Source: Bacillales bacterium (lineage in GTDB: Bacteria; Bacillota_I; Bacilli_A; RFN20; CAG-449). Taken from it: 64,000 nucleotides of DNA. Positions 28,899 through 38,957 of this stretch are shown piece by piece. Made by a program: the position numbers and the translations under genes. Where the stretch lies: the NCBI GenBank assembly GCA_029006735.1, contig JAQXGN010000055.1, positions 3,239 through 67,238 of the forward strand, written 5' to 3'. How positions within the stretch are numbered: position 1 is the first letter of the stretch; each line of letters opens with the position of its first letter. The notes under the pieces are model-generated. The model was given only the letters and a program-made list of their open reading frames with translations. It was not told the DNA's origin and made no database searches.

Positions 28899-30260
28899 TT
28901 AATAAGTTCCATATCCGCCTTTTGATGCATTTTCTTTTTTCTTATTACGGATATTAGTCTTAATTATTTGTTTTTTATGATCTTCTTTTGCTTTTTTAAT
29001 CGCTTCTTTTACTTTTTTCTTATAACCTGGCTTAACTTTTTTTGATCTTACTTTTGCAATTTCTTTTTTAATTTTTGCTTCTAATACTTCATTCTTTTCT
29101 TGTTTTTTCTTACCAGTAATCGTTTCCACTTTTTTTAATGATGAATTACGCAATACATAATAATCAAAATCGATATTTTTATTCTTTTTAATTAGTTTTT
29201 GAACTAATTCCATTTTGTCATCATTATAGAAAATATATGAATCACCTTTATTGTTATTTCGTCCTGTTCGACCAGCACGATGATAATAATAATCTAAATC
29301 AGATGGCAAATCTAAAGAAATAACGCAAGTGACATTATCTAAGTCAATTCCTCTTGAAGCAATATCAGAACAAATGATTAAATTGAACTCACCTTGACGA
29401 ATCCTTTTCATAGTAATTTTTCTATCTCTTGATTCCATATCACCATTTAATAAAGCTGAACGAATTCCACGTGCATTTAATTCTCTATATACTTTATCTA
29501 CTTGTGTTTTCATTGAAGCAAAAACCATGGTATAGAAAGGTTTTTCTATTTCTAAAAAGCTACATAATGAATCAATTATATCTCCATGTTTAAGATTAAC
29601 TAAATGATGTTTAACATTGTGATTTACTTTATGAGTATCAATATCAATAATTTCTTCTGCTTCAATAAATTTATATGTATCTGCGATTAAATGATCTTTC
29701 ATTGTAGCAGTAAAAACTAATCTTTGCTTAGGATGAATAATATTTAATAAATCGCTAATTTGATTAATATAAGCATTATCAAGTAACATATCACATTCAT
29801 CTAAAACAATAGTATCAATCTTAGTAATATCAGTTAGATTATTCTTTAATAAAATATCATGAATTCTTCCAGGAGTTCCAATAACAATTTTTGGTTGTTC
29901 ATTTTTAAAATTAAAATCGTTTAAACTACTATTTTTATCAATACTTGATGACAATAATTTAATTTTAATTCCTAAAATATTCGCAATATCTAAAGCAAAA
30001 GAATAAGTTTGAGAAGCAAGTTCAACAGTTGGTGAAACAATTAATGCTTGTATTTTATCTAATGAATTATTGATTCGATTAAATATAGGAACTAAAAAAG
30101 CATGTGTTTTTCCACTACCCGTTTCTGATTTGCAAATTAATGACTTACCTTTTATTGCTTTAGCAATAACAGCTTCTTGAATAGGAGTTAAGTCAACATA
30201 ACCTAATTCTTTTAAAGCTTCAATTAGATCACTATTTAAATTATACGAACTAAATTTCAT
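28899..30260 (-). CDS. DEAD-box ATP-dependent RNA helicase with a lysine-rich tail
   Basis: Q-motif, SETGSGKT, DECD, TAT and HRAGRTGR motifs, with a basic C-terminal tail. Confidence 0.85.
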   Translation of the reverse strand: MKFSSYNLNSDLIEALKELGYVDLTPIQEAVIAKAIKGKSLICKSETGSGKTHAFLVPIFNRINNSLDKIQALIVSPTVELASQTYSFALDIANILGIKIKLLSSSIDKNSSLNDFNFKNEQPKIVIGTPGRIHDILLKNNLTDITKIDTIVLDECDMLLDNAYINQISDLLNIIHPKQRLVFTATMKDHLIADTYKFIEAEEIIDIDTHKVNHNVKHHLVNLKHGDIIDSLCSFLEIEKPFYTMVFASMKTQVDKVYRELNARGIRSALLNGDMESRDRKITMKRIRQGEFNLIICSDIASRGIDLDNVTCVISLDLPSDLDYYYHRAGRTGRNNNKGDSYIFYNDDKMELVQKLIKKNKNIDFDYYVLRNSSLKKVETITGKKKQEKNEVLEAKIKKEIAKVRSKKVKPGYKKKVKEAIKKAKEDHKKQIIKTNIRNKKKENASKGGYGTY

Positions 30261-30280
30261 TAACTTTTCTCCTCTCTATT

Positions 30281-32014
30281 CTATTTTGTTTCTACTTTAA
30301 TTTTTAAATCTTCTAATTGTTGTTCATCAACTGGCATTGGTGCGTTAGACATTGGACAAACTGCATTTAGATTCTTAGGGAATGCAATAACATCTCGAAT
30401 ATTATCAGTTTGATTAATTAACATTGAAACTCGATCTAATCCTAATGCGAATCCACCATGAGGAGGAACACCATATTTTAAAGCACCGACAAACCAACCA
30501 AATTTCTTTTGGATCTTTTCTTCTGTAAATCCTAATAATTCAAATATTTTCTTCTGTTCAGTTTGATCAAAGATTCTTAAAGATCCTCCACCTGCTTCAT
30601 ATCCATTAATGACAATATCATAAGCTGCCGCATAGACTTTTTCTGGATGAGTATCAAGTAATGATACATCTCGATCTAAAGGTTTTGTGAATGGATGATG
30701 ACATGGAGAAATTTCTTTTGTTTCTTCATTGTAATCAAATAGTGGGAATTCAACTACCCATAAGAAATCATATGATTTAGGATCATAAAGATTTAAATCT
30801 TTACCATATTGACATCTTAATGCACCTAAACAAGAACATACACGCATTCTATTTCCAGCGCCTACAATTACTAAATCATCTTCTTTTAAAGCTAATTCAT
30901 TAACTAATTGAGCTTGTAATTCTTCATTAATAAACTTCAATAAAGAAGATTCTAGTTTTCCATTACAATATTTAAAGAAGCCAAATTTACCAATACCGAA
31001 TTTTTTAGCGTGTAAATCTAAGTTATCTTGAACTTTTCTTGATGTTTTACTTGCAACTGAAGGAACGACAATACATCTAATAGTAGATGCATTTTTATAT
31101 ACTTCAAATTCTGAAGTTTTTAAAATTGAAGAAATATCATGTAATTTAATATCAAAACGTGTATCAGGTTTATCTGAACCATAAGTATCAATACAATAAT
31201 CGTAAGTAAATCTTCTAAATGGAGTTTTAATTTCCATTCCTAAAGCTTCTTTCCAGATTTCAGCAATTAAACCTTCACCTAAAGTCATAATGTCATCTTG
31301 TGACATAAATGAACATTCAACATCTACTTGAGTAAAGTCTGGTTGACGATCTGCTCTTAAATCTTCATCACGGAAGCAACGAGCGATTTGATAATATTTT
31401 TCCATACCACCAACCATTAATAATTGCTTAAATAATTGAGGCGATTGAGGTAATGCATAAAATGAGCCCGGTCTAGTTCTACTTGGAACAATATAATCTC
31501 TTGCTCCTTCTGGAGTCGATAAACATAGAATTGGAGTTTCTACTTCAACAAATTCATTTCTATCTAAATAGTTATGACATGCTTTTGATATTTTTGCTCT
31601 ATTCATTAACATTTTTTGCATTATTGGTCTTCTTAAATCTAAGTAACGATATTTTAAACGAGTATCTTCTAATGCATCTGTTTCATCTGCAATGATAAAA
31701 GGAGTTAATTCACTAGAATTAACAATCTTTAATTCTTCAACAGATACTTCAATTTCTCCAGTTGGTAATTTTTTATTTGCCACTTCTTTTTTAGTAACAA
31801 TACCAGTTACCTGAATAATATATTCATTTTTAATCAAAGCAACATCTTTAAATTTATCTTCTTGTAGTATTACTTGAGTATAACCCCATCTATCACGTAA
31901 ATCGATAAATACTAAACTACCTAAATTTCTTTTTTTTGCTACCCATCCAATTAAAGTAACTCTTTTACCTACGTCACTAAGACGTAATTCTCCATTATTA
32001 TGAGTACGTAACAT
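30281..32014 (-). CDS. aspS: aspartyl-tRNA synthetase
   Basis: MLRTHNNGELR start, FRDEDLRADRQPEF-like motif 2, and GLDR motif 3. The GTG start at 32023 was trimmed to ATG 32014, which follows AGAGGTGA. Confidence 0.9.
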   Translation of the reverse strand: MLRTHNNGELRLSDVGKRVTLIGWVAKKRNLGSLVFIDLRDRWGYTQVILQEDKFKDVALIKNEYIIQVTGIVTKKEVANKKLPTGEIEVSVEELKIVNSSELTPFIIADETDALEDTRLKYRYLDLRRPIMQKMLMNRAKISKACHNYLDRNEFVEVETPILCLSTPEGARDYIVPSRTRPGSFYALPQSPQLFKQLLMVGGMEKYYQIARCFRDEDLRADRQPDFTQVDVECSFMSQDDIMTLGEGLIAEIWKEALGMEIKTPFRRFTYDYCIDTYGSDKPDTRFDIKLHDISSILKTSEFEVYKNASTIRCIVVPSVASKTSRKVQDNLDLHAKKFGIGKFGFFKYCNGKLESSLLKFINEELQAQLVNELALKEDDLVIVGAGNRMRVCSCLGALRCQYGKDLNLYDPKSYDFLWVVEFPLFDYNEETKEISPCHHPFTKPLDRDVSLLDTHPEKVYAAAYDIVINGYEAGGGSLRIFDQTEQKKIFELLGFTEEKIQKKFGWFVGALKYGVPPHGGFALGLDRVSMLINQTDNIRDVIAFPKNLNAVCPMSNAPMPVDEQQLEDLKIKVETK

Positions 32015-32026
32015 AAACTTCACCTC

Positions 32027-33292
32027 TTATTTTTTTAATTTATTAACTATGTCTTCTTTCGACATAGCAACTTGTTGTTGATTAATTAAATATTTTAATT
32101 GATATAGATTATTTTTAACTTCATCTTCACCAATTACTATCATATATTTTGCATTTTTTCTTAATGCAATCTTTAAAGATGCTTTCATCGACTTATCTTG
32201 TAATGATAAATCAACTTTTACATTATTCTTTCTTAAAGTATGAGCAAAATCAAAAGCAATATCTTTATTTTCTACTCCAAGATAAACAATATATGCATCT
32301 AATTCATCTTTCGCATAAGTTTCAGGAGATATTTCTTTTAACAATGAATTTAGTCTTTCAATACCAAAAGCAAATCCAACACTTGATAATTCTGGTCCAC
32401 CGACTTCTTTAACTAAATTATCATAATGACCACCTGCTCCAATAGCCCCCAAATTTGTTCCATTATCAGAGATATAGTGAAATTCAAAAACAACATGAGA
32501 ATAATAATCTAATCCTCTAACTAGGGTATCATCGAGTTGATATTCAATATTATTATCATCAAGTAATCTTAATACTGAAGCAAATCGTTCTTTGGAAACA
32601 TCATTTAAGTAATCTCCCATTTTAGGTGCATCTTTAACAAATTCTTGATCTTCTTTCACTTTACAATCTAAGATACGTAATGGATTAACTTGATATCTTC
32701 TTTGACAGTCTGGACACATTTTGTCAATTTTATCATTAAAATAATCTTTTAACGCATCACGATATGCATCTCTAGAAGCTTGATCACCAATTGAATTAAT
32801 CTTTAATATTACTTTATTAAAGCCAATTTTATGCAAAGCATCAACTCCTAAAATAATTGTTTCAGCATCTTCATAAGCGTTATTTACTCCAACTTGTTCA
32901 ACGCCAAATTGATTAAATTGACGATATCTACCTGCTGATGGTCTTTCATAACGGAATGAAGGTCCACAATATTGTAATTTTAATGGTAAATCTTTTGTAG
33001 CATATAATTTATTAGTTACAACTGCTCTCATAACTCCTGCTGTTACTTCAGGTCTTAAAGAAATATTTCTTCCACCTTTATCTTGGAAATCAAACATTTC
33101 TTTTGTGACTATGTCACTACTTTCACCAGCTGAACGAGTAAATAAGTCAGTAGATTCATAAATTGGAGTATGAATAGGAAAATATCCATAAGTCAAGGCA
33201 ACTTCGTGTAAAGTATGCTCGATCTTTTCAATATTTAATGCATCTTCATAATATGCATCATAAGTTCCACGTTGTGGTTGATAATTTGCCAT
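32027..33292 (-). CDS. hisS: histidyl-tRNA synthetase
   Basis: RGTYD, FRYERPSAGRYRQF and GGGHYD-like class II motifs. SD AGGAGG upstream; hisS-aspS operon. Confidence 0.9.
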   Translation of the reverse strand: MANYQPQRGTYDAYYEDALNIEKIEHTLHEVALTYGYFPIHTPIYESTDLFTRSAGESSDIVTKEMFDFQDKGGRNISLRPEVTAGVMRAVVTNKLYATKDLPLKLQYCGPSFRYERPSAGRYRQFNQFGVEQVGVNNAYEDAETIILGVDALHKIGFNKVILKINSIGDQASRDAYRDALKDYFNDKIDKMCPDCQRRYQVNPLRILDCKVKEDQEFVKDAPKMGDYLNDVSKERFASVLRLLDDNNIEYQLDDTLVRGLDYYSHVVFEFHYISDNGTNLGAIGAGGHYDNLVKEVGGPELSSVGFAFGIERLNSLLKEISPETYAKDELDAYIVYLGVENKDIAFDFAHTLRKNNVKVDLSLQDKSMKASLKIALRKNAKYMIVIGEDEVKNNLYQLKYLINQQQVAMSKEDIVNKLKK

Positions 33293-33311
33293 AATTTTCC
33301 TCCTAAAAAAT

Positions 33312-33520
33312 AAAAAAAGTACCTCTAAGGGTGCTTCTGCACGGTACCACCTTAGTTCACTAAATCAAGTGCACTTTAATAGTTATAACGGAACAACCGG
33401 ATAAACTACTTAATTTCATTTATCTGTCTCCATAGTGTCAAATAATTTATCTATATAAATCTTTTCACCAAACGATTCTCTCTAAAATAATCAATAAATT
33501 ATCCTCTACTTCAACGACAA
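33312..33520 (-). promoter_or_regulatory. T-box leader of hisS-aspS (specifier loop contains GACAC)
   Basis: On the - strand: GAAGUAGAGG, AGAGAG, GGUGAAAA, loop UUUGACACUA (33439-33435), T-box AACUAAGGUGGUACCGUG, then a hairpin and long U tracts before the SD. Confidence 0.8.
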
Positions 33521-33524
33521 GTTT

Positions 33525-33553
33525 ATTTAATCACATATTTTAATAATTATCAA
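33525..33553 (-). promoter_or_regulatory. probable promoter of the hisS leader
   Basis: TTGATA-17 nt-TTAAAT with an upstream TG (TGATTAAAT) on the - strand. Confidence 0.45.
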
Positions 33554-33554
33554 G

Positions 33555-33584
33555 AAAAATAGTCCTAATATAAATATTAAGACT
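33555..33584 (-). terminator. terminator of lipoprotein gene 33586-34671
   Basis: A 10-bp stem (AGTCTTAATA/TATTAGGACT with one G-U pair) is followed by TTTTT on the - strand. Confidence 0.6.
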
Positions 33585-33585
33585 A

Positions 33586-34671
33586 TTATAATTCTTTAAT
33601 CATATCTCCAATTGTTTTTACAAATGGTAGATAAGTATCAATACTATCAGTTAAAACTTTTTGAACATCAATATTTAAGTCATCGAAAGTTTTATATTCA
33701 GTTAATGGATCAAACTTTTTCATATCACCATCTAATGGAGATACTAATAAGCGTGAATCAAATTTAATATTTGTCTTAAATAGTTTAGCTAAATAAGTAA
33801 AGCCAATATCGATATTTACATCAATCGCAGAAATAATCTCTGGAGTAAACTCTATATCCAAACTAATCTTTGTATTATTAGAAAACTCTAAAGCACTGTT
33901 AATTAAATCCGCTTTATCTTTTCCATATGTTTGAATCAAACTATAAATTGATTTATCATTTAATGATAAATTAATTGAATATTTATCATCTTCGACAATA
34001 GCGTAATCTAAATATTTTGCATATGCTTTATCTTCATCTAAGAAATTAGATAATATTTTTGTTGGATTAATATTGACAAAATCCATAATATTAGAAACGT
34101 TAGAAAAGCCTTCAAATGCTTCATTTCCTATATAAGAAGAAATAATATTATTAAATAATTCTGAGACATTATCCAAAGTTAAATCAAGTCCATTAGTATA
34201 AGTATTTTCATTATCTATAATATCTAAAACATCCTTACTTAAATGAAAATATAATGCATCATTTTCATACATGATTTTTTCATTTAATGAAGCTTTTGTT
34301 TCATTTGTTTCTATATCAACTCGATCAATTCGATCATACGTATTTTCAAATATTGATAAATTACCGAGAATTTCTCCATAACTTTGGTAGGAGTTATTAG
34401 CGATATCATATTCTAATTCATATTTTGCATTACTCAAACTAACTTTATTTGTTTTAATCTTTTCATTTCCTTGCTGAGTTTCTAAGGAAAAATTTAAATC
34501 ATCAGTTTGTAATTTTAAATTATCTTCAACTGAATTATTGATTAATTCTTTTGCAGCATCTTTTACTTTATCTTTTGTAGTATAGGTATTATCTGAAGAA
34601 GGATTGCCACAAGAAACAATCATACTAGCAAGTAATAACGATGCTAAAGAAACAAAATAATTATTTTTCAT
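33586..34671 (-). CDS. hypothetical lipoprotein
   Basis: Signal peptide plus lipobox (LLLASMIVSCGN). The protein is Asn/Asp-rich and no family was recognised. Confidence 0.55.
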   Translation of the reverse strand: MKNNYFVSLASLLLASMIVSCGNPSSDNTYTTKDKVKDAAKELINNSVEDNLKLQTDDLNFSLETQQGNEKIKTNKVSLSNAKYELEYDIANNSYQSYGEILGNLSIFENTYDRIDRVDIETNETKASLNEKIMYENDALYFHLSKDVLDIIDNENTYTNGLDLTLDNVSELFNNIISSYIGNEAFEGFSNVSNIMDFVNINPTKILSNFLDEDKAYAKYLDYAIVEDDKYSINLSLNDKSIYSLIQTYGKDKADLINSALEFSNNTKISLDIEFTPEIISAIDVNIDIGFTYLAKLFKTNIKFDSRLLVSPLDGDMKKFDPLTEYKTFDDLNIDVQKVLTDSIDTYLPFVKTIGDMIKEL

Positions 34672-34728
34672 AACTTATCCTCCTTTCATAATATAATTAT
34701 ACTAAAATAAAGTTAATAAATAGTATAT

Positions 34729-35706
34729 TTATTTAATTTTTTTTAAATCAAAGAATTTTAAAAACTCTTTTGGTGTATCTGCGATAAACTTGAAATGCTT
34801 ATTTTTTAATGGATGATCAAATTCAAGAATTCGTGCATGTAAGCCTAAACGATTGAATGTATTATCAGTTGAACCATATTTATCATCACCAACAATCTTA
34901 TGCCCTAAATCCTTCATATGAACACGAATCTGGTTCTTTTTTCCGGTGTCAATTTGAACTTTTAATAAGGACAAATTATCTTTTTCAACGATAACTTCAT
35001 AATGTGTAATTGCCTTTTGACCATTAATCTTATCTTGTGTAGAATACATAAGATTTGTTTTTGTTTGCATTAAATAAGAAACTCTAGTTCCTGATTTTTT
35101 TTCAAAAATTCCTTCGCAAATGGCGATATATTCTCTTACTTTAACTAGATCATTCCATTTGTCTTGTAATGCTTCTTTTAATTCTTCATTCTTAGTAAAA
35201 ATTAATACTCCGGAAGTCTCTTTATCTAATCGATGAACAACAAATATACGATTTTTAGGATCAGTTTTTCTAACATAATCCATTACATATCGATATGCTG
35301 TCTTTTCTTTTTCTTTATCATCGCTAATTGATAATAACCCACATGGTTTATTAATTGCGATTAATTCATCATCTTCATATAATATTTGAACTTTTGATTC
35401 TTTTTTTCCATTTGATTTAACTGGATATTGTGAAATAGTAACAATGTCTTTAGCGATTAATTCAAAATCAAATTGAGAAACACTTGCCCCATTAACTAAT
35501 ATTTGATGAGATGATAATAATTTTTTGATATTATTTCTTGATTTAAAAGTAATTGTTTCAATCAAAAAATCTAATAAAAGCATTCTACGAGGAACTATAT
35601 ATTCTTTAAAGAGCTTATCATTTGGTCGACCTTTCTCAAATCTTGTTGATTTTTTTGCACGATTTTTTTTACTAGGTCGAGAAGTAATTTTCTTATTTTC
35701 GTTCAT
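34729..35706 (-). CDS. RluA-family 23S rRNA pseudouridine synthase (RluD-like, S4 domain, basic N-terminal extension)
   Basis: HRLDKETSGVLIF catalytic motif and KNQIRVHM. The N-terminus is K/R-rich. Confidence 0.8.
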   Translation of the reverse strand: MNENKKITSRPSKKNRAKKSTRFEKGRPNDKLFKEYIVPRRMLLLDFLIETITFKSRNNIKKLLSSHQILVNGASVSQFDFELIAKDIVTISQYPVKSNGKKESKVQILYEDDELIAINKPCGLLSISDDKEKEKTAYRYVMDYVRKTDPKNRIFVVHRLDKETSGVLIFTKNEELKEALQDKWNDLVKVREYIAICEGIFEKKSGTRVSYLMQTKTNLMYSTQDKINGQKAITHYEVIVEKDNLSLLKVQIDTGKKNQIRVHMKDLGHKIVGDDKYGSTDNTFNRLGLHARILEFDHPLKNKHFKFIADTPKEFLKFFDLKKIK

Positions 35707-37901
35707 TAGTGAGTGACCCTTTCTACTTTATAAACGCTTGGTACATTAATTAATGAATTACAAACATCACGTAATTTTTGAATGTTTTTTACTGAAATTG
35801 TTAAACTAATCGTTGTTGTTAATGTATTTGGATGATATTTTGCAGCAATTTTACCACAAGTTACTTTTAATTGTGCAAGGAGATTCAAAACATCAACTAA
35901 TAAAGTATCACGATCTGTAGCTTGAATTGATAATTGGACTGGTGCAGTAGATTCTTCAACATTAGGATTCCATTCAACATCAATTAAACGTTTTGTTTCT
36001 CTTAAAATATTAGGACAATCTTTACGATGAACTTTAATTCCTTTTCCTTGTGAAACATAACCAATAATCTCATCTCCAGGTATTGGACTACAACAAGTAG
36101 ATAAAGTACATAAAACATTAGGTGTTCCTTTAACTAATACTGCTTGTTTAGAAAAAGTGAGTTTTCTTTTTGAAGTAGATTTTTTAATTAAATTATCAAT
36201 ATTATTCTCTTGTCTTAATCCTAAATAAGAAATAACATCAATAGGAACAATATTTTTATTTTCAATTAATAAGAATAATTCCTCTATTGTATCAACTGAA
36301 AAATACTTTAATACATCAGAAGTTAAATAAGTATTCATCTGTTGAGCAGAATACCCATTTTCTTTAAATATTTCAATTAAAGTATCTCTGCCTTTTTCAA
36401 TTTTGGTTTCACGTAAAAACTCTGCATTAATTTTTGCGAGATATTTTCTAATAAAGTTCTTTGCAGTATTAGTAACTGCAATCTTTAACCAACCTTCATT
36501 TATCATTGGTTTACTTGCAGTTTTAATCTCGACAACATCACCAGTATTTAATTCTTTAGATAAAGGTACTAAAGTATTATTCACTATTGCTCCTACTGCA
36601 CACGTTCCAACTTTTGAATGAATTTTAAAAGCAAAATCAATTGGAGTAGATCCAGAAGGTAGTTCAATTACTTTTCCATGTGGAGTAAAACAATAAATAT
36701 TCGCACCAAATATATCATGGGATAAAGTATCTATATATTCTTTTGAATCAGCATTCATCTTATCAGAAACTGCAACAAAATCAGAGAACCAATGTAATTT
36801 CTCCATAATTTCTTGTTGTTCTTTCTTTGGATCATATTTTGATCCTTCTTTATATCTCCAGTGGGCTGCGATACCATTTTCAGCGACTTCATCCATTTTT
36901 TCTGTTCTAATTTGAATTTCAATTGTTGTTGAATTCCGATCAATAATAGTAGTATGTAATGATTGATACATATTTGGCTTAGGAACAGCAATATAATCCT
37001 TAAATCGACCAGAAAGAGGTGTAAATTCACTATGAATTAGACCTAAAATCTCGTAACAATTTAATTCAGTTTTTGTAATAACTCTTAAAGCGACAATATC
37101 ATATATTGTATCAAAAGTAAGATGTTTGTTATTTAGTTTCTTCCAAATCGAATATGGTCTTTTAACACGAGCTTTTATTTCAAAAGGTATTTTTGTTGGT
37201 ATTAACATATCTGCAATTTTCTTTGCTAATTTTTTAATACTATCTTGTTTATAAATTATGTTTTTATCTAAGTATTCAGCGATTTCTTGATAACTTTCAG
37301 GTTCTAAATATTTTAAACATAAATCTTCTAATTCACCTTTAATCTCATTTAAACCTAATCGATCTGCAATTGGAACATATACATCAAGGGTTTCTCTAGA
37401 AATTGATTTCTTTTTTTCTGGAGTTTGGAAATCAAGTGTTCGCATATTATGCAATCTATCACATAATTTAATAACAATAACACGAATATCTTTTGCCATT
37501 CCTAAGAAGATCTTTCGATGTCCTTCTGCAACAAAATCTTTATCATGTCTTCTTTTATGTGATAATGCTTTAATTTTTGTAAGTGAAAAGACAATATCAG
37601 CTATTTCTTCAGTAAACTCATTAGATAAATCTTCTTGAGTTACCCCACAATCTTCGATAGTATCATGTAAGAATGCTGCCGATAAAGTAACTGGTCCACA
37701 GTTTAATGAAGCGCATAAATAAGCTACTTCAATAAGATGGATAATATATGGTTGCCCCGATTTTCTAAATTGTCCTTCGTGTTTTATAGAGGCATAATTA
37801 AAAGCACGACGTATTAATTCTACATCGTTTTTATTATGAATATATTGTGAGAACAGATTTTCTACATCCTCATATGTGTGTTCTTTTATGTTCTCACTCA
37901 T
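35706..37901 (-). CDS. relA: bifunctional (p)ppGpp synthetase/hydrolase Rel
   Basis: HD hydrolase (HDTIEDC), synthetase (YQSLHTT), TGS and ACT regions. The apt-relA order is conserved. Confidence 0.9.
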   Translation of the reverse strand: MSENIKEHTYEDVENLFSQYIHNKNDVELIRRAFNYASIKHEGQFRKSGQPYIIHLIEVAYLCASLNCGPVTLSAAFLHDTIEDCGVTQEDLSNEFTEEIADIVFSLTKIKALSHKRRHDKDFVAEGHRKIFLGMAKDIRVIVIKLCDRLHNMRTLDFQTPEKKKSISRETLDVYVPIADRLGLNEIKGELEDLCLKYLEPESYQEIAEYLDKNIIYKQDSIKKLAKKIADMLIPTKIPFEIKARVKRPYSIWKKLNNKHLTFDTIYDIVALRVITKTELNCYEILGLIHSEFTPLSGRFKDYIAVPKPNMYQSLHTTIIDRNSTTIEIQIRTEKMDEVAENGIAAHWRYKEGSKYDPKKEQQEIMEKLHWFSDFVAVSDKMNADSKEYIDTLSHDIFGANIYCFTPHGKVIELPSGSTPIDFAFKIHSKVGTCAVGAIVNNTLVPLSKELNTGDVVEIKTASKPMINEGWLKIAVTNTAKNFIRKYLAKINAEFLRETKIEKGRDTLIEIFKENGYSAQQMNTYLTSDVLKYFSVDTIEELFLLIENKNIVPIDVISYLGLRQENNIDNLIKKSTSKRKLTFSKQAVLVKGTPNVLCTLSTCCSPIPGDEIIGYVSQGKGIKVHRKDCPNILRETKRLIDVEWNPNVEESTAPVQLSIQATDRDTLLVDVLNLLAQLKVTCGKIAAKYHPNTLTTTISLTISVKNIQKLRDVCNSLINVPSVYKVERVTH

Positions 37902-37905
37902 AATT

Positions 37906-38433
37906 CTATTTATCCTCTACATTATCATAGATTAAACATTTTAATCCAAATGGTTCTAACTTTTTAACGCCTGGTAAGCTTGTAAGTCCGATTAAACAAA
38001 CTAAACCAACTACTTCTCCACCAAGTAAATTAACCATATTAATTACCGCTTCCATTGTTCCTCCAAGTGCAACAATATCATCAACAATAACAACCTTTTG
38101 GCCTTTTTTAATTGAATCTTTATGCATACAAAGAGTATCAGTACCATATTCTAAATCATATGTATAATTAATTGTTTCTCTTGGTAATTTGCCAGGTTTT
38201 CTAACTGGAATAAAAGGTAAATTTAAATTAAAAGCAACTGGACAACCAAATAAAAAACCACGAGATTCTGGGCCGACTATAACTTCTGCACCCATATCTT
38301 TTGCAAGTTTTGACATTTGATTAATTGCTTCTTTATATGCTTCACCATTTTGCATTAATGAAGTAACGTCTTTAAATTGAACTCCTTTTTTTGGAAAGTC
38401 AGGAATAACTTCAATATATTCTTCTAAATTCAT
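37906..38433 (-). CDS. apt: adenine phosphoribosyltransferase
   Basis: KGVQFKDVT and the VVIVDDIVALGGT PRPP motif. Confidence 0.9.
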   Translation of the reverse strand: MNLEEYIEVIPDFPKKGVQFKDVTSLMQNGEAYKEAINQMSKLAKDMGAEVIVGPESRGFLFGCPVAFNLNLPFIPVRKPGKLPRETINYTYDLEYGTDTLCMHKDSIKKGQKVVIVDDIVALGGTMEAVINMVNLLGGEVVGLVCLIGLTSLPGVKKLEPFGLKCLIYDNVEDK

Positions 38434-38548
38434 CTTGATAATGCTCCTTACTTAAGTATTATAATCATAATTATAATATGATTAAAGATTTTTTAATCGC
38501 TTAGTTAACATTTTGTATTTATTACATACATTATTTTGAGGTGATTAT

Positions 38549-38923
38549 ATGTATAATTCTTATTACAATGGGCCATTTTATAATAATCGTATGGTTTATC
38601 CTAATTCATTTAGAGGGATTAGATACCCTCGTTTGACATCGCAAATTGTTAAGCCATCTTCTTTTAATCTTACAAAAATACTTGATACCACGCAAAAAGG
38701 AATTAATACCGTAAATCAGATTATCCCAATTTATAAACAAGTAAAACCAGTATTTAGTCAAGTATCAACTTATACTAAAAAAATATCTTCTTTTATTAAC
38801 AAAAACTTTATGCGCGGTCCGATAAATCAAAACCATGAAGAATTAAATAATAAGACAACAAAAAACAGTCAAAATAAGATTCATAAAAATAATACTCAAG
38901 CATCTTCACCTTTTTATAAATAA
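38549..38923 (+). CDS. YqfQ-like hypothetical protein
   Basis: The Tyr/Asn-rich N-terminus, the segment LTKILDTTQKGINTVNQIIPIYKQVKPVF, and the position next to the ispH homologue recall B. subtilis yqfQ-yqfP. Confidence 0.4.
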   Translation: MYNSYYNGPFYNNRMVYPNSFRGIRYPRLTSQIVKPSSFNLTKILDTTQKGINTVNQIIPIYKQVKPVFSQVSTYTKKISSFINKNFMRGPINQNHEELNNKTTKNSQNKIHKNNTQASSPFYK

Positions 38924-38957
38924 ATGTTAAAATAATAAAGAAGTTAAGGTATTAATT

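Noticed and set aside
34700-34725. An isolated inverted pair, TACTAAAATAA...TAAATAGTA, between the rluD-like gene and the lipoprotein gene. Single TACTA-type units also occur at 47051, 49605-49618 (inverted, inside a TGTTATACT extended -10 upstream of ybeY) and 54334.
   Set aside because: Single units are expected by chance at this composition and lack the three-unit 11-bp phasing, so they are not counted as copies of the array.
36755-37030. A 91-aa ORF on the same strand but out of frame inside relA. Similar internal or antisense ORFs occur at 1204-1386, 3844-4059, 13636-13872, 16505-16690, 20271-20459, 23500-23712, 24352-24591, 28350-28538, 31483-31695, 32149-32412, 35525-35716, 36403-36621, 40184-40426, 41654-41839, 48328-48516, 48637-48840, 54899-55099, 55801-56091 and 62978-63196.
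   Set aside because: All are nested in or opposite well-supported conserved genes. They have no ribosome-binding sites or recognisable motifs, and their composition is that of frame-shifted coding sequence.
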